Shown here in pieces: positions 44,950 to 53,280 of a DNA stretch of 64,000 nt; the first letter of the stretch is position 1; the number at the start of each line of letters is the position of its first letter. The notes beneath the pieces are model-generated. The model was not told the origin of the DNA, did no database searches, and saw only the letters and a list, made by a program, of their open reading frames with translations. The DNA is taken from sequence record OR067838.1. The stretch is one strand, 5' to 3'. Source of the stretch: Escherichia phage KKP 3954. Position numbers and translations under genes: made by a program.

Positions 44950-46728
44950 GTGTCGCACATTATAACTAAATATGGATTTGATGTTGATCTTAGCAAGGAA
45001 GGACATACAGGTTGTCCGCGCTGCATGAAAAATGGCAAGGATCGCTCTCGTAATAACCTGATGGTTTACGGATTAGATTCTAATGGAGAGCATAAAGGTG
45101 CTAAGTGCTTTGCGTGTGAATACACTATTCCTAGCGTAGAATGGTTACGAGAAAATGGTGAAGTTTTAGAAGAAGAGGAGGAGATTGTGGGTTCGGAATT
45201 TAATAAACAGATTCATCGTAAAATTGTTCAAGAAACATCAACCAACCCACGTGGTTATCGAGGCATTAAAGAAAAAGTTTCATCTTTCTATGGTGTTCGT
45301 TATGAATACCGTCAGGAAGGGGATCAGATGGTAGTAGAAAGTTGTTTATATCCGACTACCATCGGTAAAGAATTGGTTGGTTTTAAGCGTCGTATTCATC
45401 CTAAAGATTTCAGTAAACCTATTGGTCAAGTAGGTAAAGATGTAGATCTTTTTGGACAAATTCGTTTTGCAGACCGTTCTCATACTGTTGTAATTACAGG
45501 TGGTGAACACGATGCTCTGGCAGCTTATCAAATGCTATCTGAAAACTTGGACAGTAAATATGAGCTTCCAGCCGTAGTAAGTGGCACAACTGGTGAAACC
45601 AGTATGTATAAACAAGTTCAGGCACAATATCCTTTCTTTGAAAAATTTAAGAAGATTATTGTTTGCATGGATAACGACAAAGCAGGTAATGAGGCATTTG
45701 AAAATATTGTTAAGGTGCTGCCTCGTAACAAAGTCTACCGTATGCAGATGGATCTTAAGGATGCCAATCAGTATCTGGAAGAAGGCCGTGCAAAAGATTT
45801 CGTAAAAGCTTTTTGGAGTGCTCGTCTATACACCCCAGCAGGTGTTTATGCTTCTAATGTCTTGTATGAAGCTGCATTGGAATGCTTGGAATCCAAGATG
45901 ATTACCTTGCCTCCTTTTATGCGTGTTGCTGCAAACATGTTGGGTGGTGGTTTAGTAGAAGAAGAGATTACAGTCATCCTGGCAAAGACCAGTATCGGTA
46001 AAACTTTGATGGTGAACGAGATCACCAAACATATTATTGTTGCACACCCAGAACATACCCTAGGTATTCTGTCCTTGGAAGCGACTTATAAAAAGTATTC
46101 TCGTAACCTGTTATCCTCTTTCCTACACATTCCTCTACACAGGAAAACACCGGAAGAGAAATTTCAAATCTTGGAAGAGAATAAAGAAAAAATCCTAGAT
46201 TTTTACGAAAGAGAAGATGGATCACCACGTTTTTACGTGTGTGATGATCGTGGAGCAGATGTGGAGTCTATCAAAGAAAAAGTTTTGGAGATGATCATCT
46301 ATTTTGGAGTAACAATTCTTGTTATCGACCCTTATTCTGATTTGCTTTCTGGTATGGATGTTCAAGCCCAGGAAGAGTTAGCAACATGGTTGAAGCGAAT
46401 CATGAAAGAGTATGCTATAACTATTATCGTCATCTCACACGTTAAGAAGTCAGCTAATGGTGGCAATGAGCACTTAACAGAGGACGATGCAATGGGTAGT
46501 AGTTTCTTGGCTAAAGGTGCTGGTATTACCTTGGCTTTGGAACGAGATAAGGCTGCTGAAGATCCTGTAGAACGTAATACAACTCATTGCTTTATCCTAA
46601 AAAACCGTGAGTTCTCGGAGACTGGTCCAGCAGGGCAGTTTTACTATGACATTAGAACTGCAACTCTTCACGACAAAGAGCAGTATTTTAACAACCCTGC
46701 TAACTTACCTACGGATAGCAACTACTAA
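44950..46728 (+). CDS. Bifunctional DNA primase-helicase (T7 gp4-like: Zn ribbon, TOPRIM, DnaB-like helicase)
   Basis: CPRC..C..C zinc ribbon, TOPRIM blocks VVITGGEHD and DNDKAG, Walker A AKTSIGKT, Walker B ILVIDPYSD. Confidence 0.8.
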   Translation: MSHIITKYGFDVDLSKEGHTGCPRCMKNGKDRSRNNLMVYGLDSNGEHKGAKCFACEYTIPSVEWLRENGEVLEEEEEIVGSEFNKQIHRKIVQETSTNPRGYRGIKEKVSSFYGVRYEYRQEGDQMVVESCLYPTTIGKELVGFKRRIHPKDFSKPIGQVGKDVDLFGQIRFADRSHTVVITGGEHDALAAYQMLSENLDSKYELPAVVSGTTGETSMYKQVQAQYPFFEKFKKIIVCMDNDKAGNEAFENIVKVLPRNKVYRMQMDLKDANQYLEEGRAKDFVKAFWSARLYTPAGVYASNVLYEAALECLESKMITLPPFMRVAANMLGGGLVEEEITVILAKTSIGKTLMVNEITKHIIVAHPEHTLGILSLEATYKKYSRNLLSSFLHIPLHRKTPEEKFQILEENKEKILDFYEREDGSPRFYVCDDRGADVESIKEKVLEMIIYFGVTILVIDPYSDLLSGMDVQAQEELATWLKRIMKEYAITIIVISHVKKSANGGNEHLTEDDAMGSSFLAKGAGITLALERDKAAEDPVERNTTHCFILKNREFSETGPAGQFYYDIRTATLHDKEQYFNNPANLPTDSNY

Positions 46729-46748
46729 GGGCTTCGGCCCTTTTATTA
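46727..46748 (+). terminator. Rho-independent terminator after the primase-helicase gene
   Basis: AAGGGCTTCGGCCCTT hairpin plus TTTATT. Confidence 0.65.
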
Positions 46749-46758
46749 AAAATACCTG

Positions 46759-46787
46759 TTGACAACTTTGCGGAAGGGACTTATACT
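46759..46787 (+). promoter_or_regulatory. Sigma70-like promoter (TTGACA, 17 nt spacer, TATACT)
   Basis: Hexamers seen directly; -10 context GGGACTTATACT as at 11350-11378. Confidence 0.55.
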
Positions 46788-46820
46788 TGTCTCATCAACC
46801 AAACAAGAGGAGAAGTAAAA

Positions 46821-47252
46821 ATGCGTATGACAATCGATCTGAATGCAAAAGTTAAAGCTGCTGGTGCTCTGGGTGCTGGTGTTATTAAACACAAACAAGC
46901 GTTGGCATTTGCCATCCCACACATGATTGTTGAGGATCATCCTGAAGAGTTTGCTGTAAAAGTTGTTGAGAACAATGTCTCTGTTATTGAACATCTTCCA
47001 ACTGGACGTTCTTACCGTGTTGTTTCTTCTAAAGGTTTTCGTTTCGATGTAAGCCCTTCTTTCACAAAAGGTGCTGGTCGTAGTAAAGTGGGTATTCTTT
47101 CTTACAAATATTATATCGATAAAGTTGCAGATGGTGTTGCATTCTGTCGTGTAAGTGAAGGTAAAGTAGATATCATCTTTAAAAATACCAAAAACATGGT
47201 TATTTCTGATGATGGTAAAGTGGACCTCACTATTGAGTTCGCTAACAACTAA
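46821..47252 (+). CDS. Hypothetical protein
   Basis: ORF track; SD AGAGGAGAAG. Confidence 0.55.
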   Translation: MRMTIDLNAKVKAAGALGAGVIKHKQALAFAIPHMIVEDHPEEFAVKVVENNVSVIEHLPTGRSYRVVSSKGFRFDVSPSFTKGAGRSKVGILSYKYYIDKVADGVAFCRVSEGKVDIIFKNTKNMVISDDGKVDLTIEFANN

Positions 47253-47261
47253 GGAGGACTA

Positions 47262-48056
47262 TTGAGCAAGTTGAACACACTTGATCAATATTACACTAAC
47301 CCCGCTTATGCGGGGTTCTTATGTGATAAGATCAAAGAAATTTTTGGAGAGGAAGCTAACTACGTAGAACCATCTGCGGGAGAAGGAGCTTTCTCTTCTT
47401 GTTTTAAAAACATAACTTCTTTTGATATTGACCCTAAGTTTGAAGATTGTATTGAGGCAGATTTTTTAGCTCAATCTGTTGAGTCTGTTGGTAGTGTAAC
47501 TGCTTTTGTCGGTAATCCTCCATTTGGAAAAAATGCTAGTCTTGCCATTAAATTCTTTAACCATTGTGCTGAAATGCTGGATAACGAAGGTGGTATTTGT
47601 TTTATCTTGCCTCGCACATTTCAAAAAATCTTTTTTGCACACAAACTAAATCCCCATATGCATCTTCTTTACGAAGAAGAATGTCCAAAAGGATCTTTTA
47701 TTCTTCATGGAGAACCTTGGGATGTTCCTTGTGTATTCCAGATATGGATTAAACGCAACGAGAAGCGTTCTCCCGTTGTTTTAGGAGAGAATCGACTATT
47801 CGTATTAGGTAACAGTAAAGACTACGATATAGCCGTTAGGAGAGCGGGAGCAAGTGCAGGTAAAGTGTTATCAGAAGAAGATTCTTTATCTGAAGCATCT
47901 ACCTATTTTTTAAAAGCCTTGACTTCTGATCTTAAAACGCGTATCATTGAGGCTTACCCGTTACTTAAAGCTGAAGCTAGTAAAACTGCGGGAGTAAGAA
48001 GTTTAAGTTTAAAAGAACTTCAGTGGGTTCTGGAGAACATTAGAAAGGAGGAATAG
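47262..48056 (+). CDS. DNA N6-adenine methyltransferase (gamma-class-like)
   Basis: Motif I-like VEPSAGEGAF followed by motif IV GNPPFGKN; TTG start with SD AAGGAGG. Confidence 0.65.
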   Translation: MSKLNTLDQYYTNPAYAGFLCDKIKEIFGEEANYVEPSAGEGAFSSCFKNITSFDIDPKFEDCIEADFLAQSVESVGSVTAFVGNPPFGKNASLAIKFFNHCAEMLDNEGGICFILPRTFQKIFFAHKLNPHMHLLYEEECPKGSFILHGEPWDVPCVFQIWIKRNEKRSPVVLGENRLFVLGNSKDYDIAVRRAGASAGKVLSEEDSLSEASTYFLKALTSDLKTRIIEAYPLLKAEASKTAGVRSLSLKELQWVLENIRKEE

Positions 48057-50653
48057 TGAGTAAGTTTACATGGGATATTGAAGCAAACGGATTGTTGAAT
48101 AATGACACTATTGATTATTTAGCTAGTCCTTATCGTCTCAAAGACACATTTCAAATGCACTGTATTGTCTTAGAGAACCATGAAACAGGAGAAATAGTAG
48201 CTTTCCACGATGGCCCTAAATACATCTTTGATGGGCGTCCTTATGAAGAGTCAGATGGTAAATACACATATGTTCTTAAAGAGTATGTGGCGCAAGATTA
48301 CACACATTTTCAACTAAAAGATTTCCCAGACTTTATTAATCATGAAGGTTATTTTAAAGATAAGCCTGAATATCTGGTTGAAATGGCTGTGGCTCACAAC
48401 GGTATCAACTATGACTGGTTGGCTACAAAACTGTTTTATGGTTTAGATTACAGTGTTAAATATAATACGTGGGGCAAAAATAAGGTAAAACTTATTGACT
48501 CCTTGATTTTGAGTAAAGTGTTAAACCCAGATCGAAAGATTGAGGGCAAATCAGGACATAGTTTGGCAGCACTTTCTCGAAAGGCAGGGGGTGATGTAAA
48601 AATAGATTTCCGTAAAGAGATTCCAGAAGAAGATCGATTTAAGACTTTTGCTGCTGATATGCTTTATTACTGTATCTATGACAACAAAGCCAATACGAGC
48701 GTATATAATTACCTTATGGAAGAATGGGGTGATTATGATAAATGGGAAGGTCCATTTGAACTTGAACAACGTGTAGCAGACATTATTACACGCCAGGAAC
48801 ACCGTGGGTTTGCTTTTAACATGAAGCAAGCAGAAGAGAACCTTGCTTTTTTGGATGCAGAAATGGAGCGTCTTCGTTTACTCGTTGAGCCTATTTTGCC
48901 ACCTAAACCAGCAACAAAAGGTTATCTTAAGGCTTTTATTCCACCTAAGTTGCAAATTAAAAAGAACTTAGAGCCAACTAACCATATGATCAATTTTGCT
49001 AAGAAACATGATGGTCATTTGGAAGAGAGGGATGGAGATTGGTGGTTAGTGATGTTGGGGAAAGAATGGAAACTGCCAGTTGCAGCAGATGAGCCTTTGT
49101 GTGATCCTAATATCCCTGCAACATTGAACGATACTACCCATATTAAAAACTGGCTTGTAGGATTAGGTTGGGTACCGTCTGAATATAAAGATAAAGACTT
49201 GACTCTTAAATCTGGCACCAAGATTAAAAAGAGCGAGGAAGAACTTCAGAAAGGTATTCGAGCTTACGTTGAGCAAACTCTATCTTCTAATTTTTGTCAG
49301 GATCGTTGTGATCATCTGGAGTGCACACCGGAAACCTTGGAGAGGAAGATTCAAGAGCGTATAGCAAAAGGTAAAGGTCGCGGTCTTAAAGTATTGACTA
49401 ACCCATGTTTTACCAAAGGTCAGGAAAAAGAAATTTGTCCTAACCTGCAAGCTTTGGGTGAGAAATTTCCTTATGCTACACAGATTGTAGAATACTTAAC
49501 GTATAAACACCGTAGGAACTCTATTTTAGGTGGTGGTGCCGATTGGGAAGAAGACGAAGAAGATCAAGAATACGATAAAGGTTTCTTAGCCGCAGTAAGG
49601 GCGGATGGTCGTATTCCTACCCCAGCCGCTACATGTGATGCTGCAACCTCTCGTATGAAGCATAGATCTGTAGCTAATATTCCTCGTGTCACATCTTTGT
49701 TTGGATGGGAGATGCGTAACTTGTTTGGTGTAGAGGTTCCTAAATACTTCCAGATTGGCTACGACTTCGACTCTTTGGAAGCAAAAATTGAATCACACTA
49801 CTGTTGGCGGTACGAGCCGGAGCCACACGAATATTGTAACGCTCTGTTGTTAGAGAAACCTAACGATGTTCACACAATGATGGCAAAACGTATCACTGAA
49901 ACTATTGGACGTAAATTTGAACGTAGTCCTGCTAAATCTGTTAAGTATGGTATTACCTATGGTGCACAAGCCGACAAGGTTGCTAAAACAATTGGTAGCG
50001 ATAAGTTTACAGGTCAGTTGGTGTTCGATGCTTTCTGGGAAGCTGCCTTCCCACTGGCACGTCTTAAAGAACGTTTAAACGATTTCTGGGTTAAAACTGG
50101 TAAACAATATGTTTTGGGTATTGACGGTCGTAAGGTTCCTACTCGTTCTGCTCACGCGATTCTTAACTCTTTGTTCCAAAGCGGTGGGGTTATCTGTGCT
50201 AAACGTGCAATGGTTATTTATGACGACATGATCGAAGAAGAAGGGCTAAGTGTTGACTTCTTTAAAGATGACTGGAAGAATAAAGACTTCGTGCAACAAA
50301 TGATTGCATACCACGATGAAGCCCAGCTTGAAGTTTCTCGTAACCTTGTAGAATTCAAATGGTTTTCACCTGAATCATTAGGTTGGAAGAAAGTAGACGA
50401 TCCTGAAGAACAAAAGAAAATTGATAAAGAATGCCTTGCTAAAGTCGAAGAATGGAAGCATAATAAGGAAAAAGAGACAGGGCAAATTTGGGCTAACATT
50501 CATGAATCTCCCAAAGGTGGATGGTTTACAGCCTATAGTCGGGCAGGTGAACTTGCTGCTTTAGCTGTTACTAAGGCTGGAGAATTTTACAATCTTAACG
50601 TTCAGCTTACTGCCGGATATGATGTGGGTAATTCTTGGGCGTCCTGTCACTAG
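48056..50653 (+). CDS. DNA polymerase, family A, with N-terminal 3-5 exonuclease domain
   Basis: 865 aa; Exo I WDIEANGL; motif A DFDSLEAKI; motif B RSPAKSVKYGITYG; motif C YHDEAQLE. Confidence 0.85.
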   Translation: MSKFTWDIEANGLLNNDTIDYLASPYRLKDTFQMHCIVLENHETGEIVAFHDGPKYIFDGRPYEESDGKYTYVLKEYVAQDYTHFQLKDFPDFINHEGYFKDKPEYLVEMAVAHNGINYDWLATKLFYGLDYSVKYNTWGKNKVKLIDSLILSKVLNPDRKIEGKSGHSLAALSRKAGGDVKIDFRKEIPEEDRFKTFAADMLYYCIYDNKANTSVYNYLMEEWGDYDKWEGPFELEQRVADIITRQEHRGFAFNMKQAEENLAFLDAEMERLRLLVEPILPPKPATKGYLKAFIPPKLQIKKNLEPTNHMINFAKKHDGHLEERDGDWWLVMLGKEWKLPVAADEPLCDPNIPATLNDTTHIKNWLVGLGWVPSEYKDKDLTLKSGTKIKKSEEELQKGIRAYVEQTLSSNFCQDRCDHLECTPETLERKIQERIAKGKGRGLKVLTNPCFTKGQEKEICPNLQALGEKFPYATQIVEYLTYKHRRNSILGGGADWEEDEEDQEYDKGFLAAVRADGRIPTPAATCDAATSRMKHRSVANIPRVTSLFGWEMRNLFGVEVPKYFQIGYDFDSLEAKIESHYCWRYEPEPHEYCNALLLEKPNDVHTMMAKRITETIGRKFERSPAKSVKYGITYGAQADKVAKTIGSDKFTGQLVFDAFWEAAFPLARLKERLNDFWVKTGKQYVLGIDGRKVPTRSAHAILNSLFQSGGVICAKRAMVIYDDMIEEEGLSVDFFKDDWKNKDFVQQMIAYHDEAQLEVSRNLVEFKWFSPESLGWKKVDDPEEQKKIDKECLAKVEEWKHNKEKETGQIWANIHESPKGGWFTAYSRAGELAALAVTKAGEFYNLNVQLTAGYDVGNSWASCH

Positions 50654-50670
50654 TTAACTTATTGTTTTAT

Positions 50671-50692
50671 AAGGGGCTTCTGCCCCTTTATA
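50671..50692 (+). terminator. Rho-independent terminator after the DNA polymerase gene
   Basis: AAGGGGCTTCTGCCCCTTTAT hairpin. Confidence 0.6.
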
Positions 50693-50701
50693 GGAGGAGA
50701 T

Positions 50702-50893
50702 ATGCATTACGATTTAGATTGTTTTGGTATGCCTTACCTACCAGATGAATTTGAAGGTGAAGAAGAACGTGAATGGGATGATGGGGATATCCGTTGTTGG
50801 TCTTGTGGTAAAGATATGTCTTACGAACAACATATGCACAATGATGGTTTCTGCATACATTGTTATAATGAAATTGATCTGGAGGAAGATTAA
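50702..50893 (+). CDS. Small Zn-finger protein
   Basis: ORF track; CWSCGK...CIHCY; SD GGAGGAG. Confidence 0.5.
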   Translation: MHYDLDCFGMPYLPDEFEGEEEREWDDGDIRCWSCGKDMSYEQHMHNDGFCIHCYNEIDLEED

Positions 50894-51060
50894 TGGGAAA
50901 TGGTATCATGATTTGCTATAAAATTGTGCGTATTGTCGGAGACGAAGTTACCACTCGGTATTTTATGATAGAGTCTCAAGCCGATGAGGTTTACAATGAC
51001 TGGCTTGAAAAAGGTGGATACGATTTTGTATCTAAAGAAACTTTCCGTTTAGAAGTATAA
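50893..51060 (+). CDS. Small hypothetical protein (55 aa)
   Basis: Not in ORF track; SD GGAGGAAG; TAATG coupling. Confidence 0.4.
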   Translation: MGNGIMICYKIVRIVGDEVTTRYFMIESQADEVYNDWLEKGGYDFVSKETFRLEV

Positions 51061-51070
51061 GGAGAAAACA

Positions 51071-51289
51071 ATGCGTAAATTAGTGAGCTTTAATGTTTCA
51101 ATTCTTGTTGATGAACAAAATGAAGATGTTATTAAAGGTCTTGCAAATAAGATTGCAGGTGGAATGACGGAAGCTGAAGTGTGGGAAGAATGTGCTCGAC
51201 TTTATGAGGAAGGTGTTATTGAGGTCTTGGGGGATGAGATTAATATGGACGATGTTGTAAAAGTAACTGTGGAGCGTATCAATGACTAA
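51071..51289 (+). CDS. Hypothetical protein (acidic)
   Basis: ORF track; SD AAGGAG. Confidence 0.55.
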   Translation: MRKLVSFNVSILVDEQNEDVIKGLANKIAGGMTEAEVWEECARLYEEGVIEVLGDEINMDDVVKVTVERIND

Positions 51290-51875
51290 ATCAAAACAAA
51301 TCAATATTGCCAAAGAGATTCTTACCGTATTAAAGATCGCTGATCCTAATTCTGTCTTGGCTGGCGGTGCTGTTCGTGATTGGCGTATTCTTGATATTGC
51401 TGGACGTGATCTGGATTTCTACACATCCCTTCCTGCACATCGATCAGAAGAGCAAATACAAGAATTGATTGCATCTGCTTTGATGGGAACTAATGTTCGT
51501 AAACTAGGAAACAAAGAGGCTTCTGACAATTATGAGGGTGTTACTGGTCTTAAACACGTTTTTGAGTTTGAACGTGATGGTCAGCTTTGCAACCTTATGA
51601 TTATGGAACCAAGCGTAATGACAACCTTTCTAAATGAGTTTGATCTGTCCATCTGCCAGGCTGCATTTGATGGGAAGGATTGCTATTATTCTAAAGATTT
51701 TGAAACAACCTTGGAAACAGGGATCTGCTTCTTGCACAAAGATGTTAGAGAAGATGCCAAACACGTTATTAAAATTGCTACACGTTTCCCATATCTTCGT
51801 TTTGTGAAAGAGGTTAAGGTTCCACGTCCACCTCAAGTAGATACCAGATTAGAAGAAGATGATATTCCTTGGTAA
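51282..51875 (+). CDS. Nucleotidyltransferase-like protein (CCA-adding enzyme / poly(A) polymerase head-domain-like)
   Basis: LAGGAVRDWRI ... RDLDFYT resembles the GGxVRD ... DxD nucleotidyltransferase signature. Confidence 0.45.
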   Translation: MTKSKQINIAKEILTVLKIADPNSVLAGGAVRDWRILDIAGRDLDFYTSLPAHRSEEQIQELIASALMGTNVRKLGNKEASDNYEGVTGLKHVFEFERDGQLCNLMIMEPSVMTTFLNEFDLSICQAAFDGKDCYYSKDFETTLETGICFLHKDVREDAKHVIKIATRFPYLRFVKEVKVPRPPQVDTRLEEDDIPW

Positions 51876-51920
51876 TTAAAGCTTGACAATATTAAACATT
51901 TTATGATAGGATAGCATTCA

Positions 51921-52313
51921 ATGACTGAACGTTCTAAGATAGCTGTTGAAACTGTTTATGGAAACTATACCAGTTTAACACTAGTTGAGAAAAATGTTGT
52001 AGGTCTTGACAACTCTTTTTATTTTCAGATTTTGGTTATTCAAGGTGGAAACAAGAAGCTAACTGCTCGTGTTGAAGCATCTGAAATAATTGAAACCACT
52101 GTTACAAACAAAGAATTCATTTCACTGCAAGATACAATCCGAAACGTTATAGACGAAGAAGGCAAAGCTGCCACAATTAAACTCGGAGGTTTTCCAGTGC
52201 AAATAGTTCATTTCCCTAATGGTGAAATTGGAGTTGGAATAGGTAAAGGTAAATACCTGTTAGAGCAAGATGATATGGAAAGACTCCGCTCTTTCTGTGC
52301 AAAATTAATGTAA
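51921..52313 (+). CDS. Hypothetical protein
   Basis: ORF track; promoter-like TTGACA at 51883; no obvious SD. Confidence 0.45.
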   Translation: MTERSKIAVETVYGNYTSLTLVEKNVVGLDNSFYFQILVIQGGNKKLTARVEASEIIETTVTNKEFISLQDTIRNVIDEEGKAATIKLGGFPVQIVHFPNGEIGVGIGKGKYLLEQDDMERLRSFCAKLM

Positions 52314-52329
52314 TGTAGAGGAGATAATA

Positions 52330-53217
52330 ATGTCCGTAATTAATACTGAAACTGATCGTAAAGGCAAAACCGTAACTTATGCAACTGGTATCGTAGACTA
52401 CGTTAAACTGGATAAATTCGCCGAACCTAAAACTTTTCATTGGGAAGGAAAAACGATTGTTTCAACTCACCGAGCTTCTCTTGTTCTGAAAGAGAAAGGT
52501 GCTAAACCAGATGAGAAAGGTGTTTGGATTTCTCTTGGTGACATTGAACTGAAAGAAGGTTATGAAAACCTGCAAGTCAAAGAAGGTGATAACTGGATCA
52601 CTATTGAAAAAGGTGTAGAAGTAAGTATTGATATTGATCGCGTTGATAATAAAGGCGGTAAAACTTACTACAATACTAAAAAATCTCGTATTACAGTATT
52701 GTCTACCGATGGTGTTCAGAAGTCTAACAAATCTTCTGGCAATAAGGGTTCCAACGATGCTGCTCCTAAGCAGTCCTATAAAAAACGTGATACTGTAGGT
52801 CTGGAAACTGGTCACGCAGTAAATGGTGCACTGGAACTGATTCGTAATGGTGTTAAAGGCGATGCTTTCGATATCGCTGGGGTTGTTCAATCTGCAACTG
52901 TCACACTGAAATCGGAAATTGCTGAATCTCGTGGCGTTGATATTAATGATTATGATCTTGGGGCATCTGTTGGTCACGCTATCCTCAATGCTTGTAAAGA
53001 CCATACCGTTAAGACTGTATCTGTAGAAGATCTGATTGATTCTGCTCGTAAAGTTCTGGCTCTGTCTGATAAAGTTGCTGCTGCCATTCGTGGTTCCGCA
53101 GAACAGCCTAAGAAAGAAGAGAAGAAAGAAGTTAAGAAACCTGAACCACAACCAGAACCAACTCCAAGTAATCAAGAAGAACCTCCAATGGACTTCGACG
53201 ATGATATTCCATTCTGA
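52330..53217 (+). CDS. ssb: Single-stranded DNA-binding protein with host-SSB-like acidic C-terminal tail
   Basis: C-terminus ends MDFDDDIPF, the protein-interaction tail of bacterial SSB; Pro/Glu/Lys-rich linker before it. Confidence 0.65.
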   Translation: MSVINTETDRKGKTVTYATGIVDYVKLDKFAEPKTFHWEGKTIVSTHRASLVLKEKGAKPDEKGVWISLGDIELKEGYENLQVKEGDNWITIEKGVEVSIDIDRVDNKGGKTYYNTKKSRITVLSTDGVQKSNKSSGNKGSNDAAPKQSYKKRDTVGLETGHAVNGALELIRNGVKGDAFDIAGVVQSATVTLKSEIAESRGVDINDYDLGASVGHAILNACKDHTVKTVSVEDLIDSARKVLALSDKVAAAIRGSAEQPKKEEKKEVKKPEPQPEPTPSNQEEPPMDFDDDIPF

Positions 53218-53248
53218 TCTTATTGATTTATAAAGAGTTTTTATAAAA

Positions 53249-53279
53249 GAAAAGGGAACCCGCAAAGGTTCCCTTTTTT
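53249..53279. terminator. Bidirectional rho-independent terminator at the convergent junction between the replication module and the tail genes
   Basis: AAAAGGGAACC..GGTTCCCTTTTTT hairpin flanked by A-run and T-run. Confidence 0.65.
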
Positions 53280-53280
53280 A

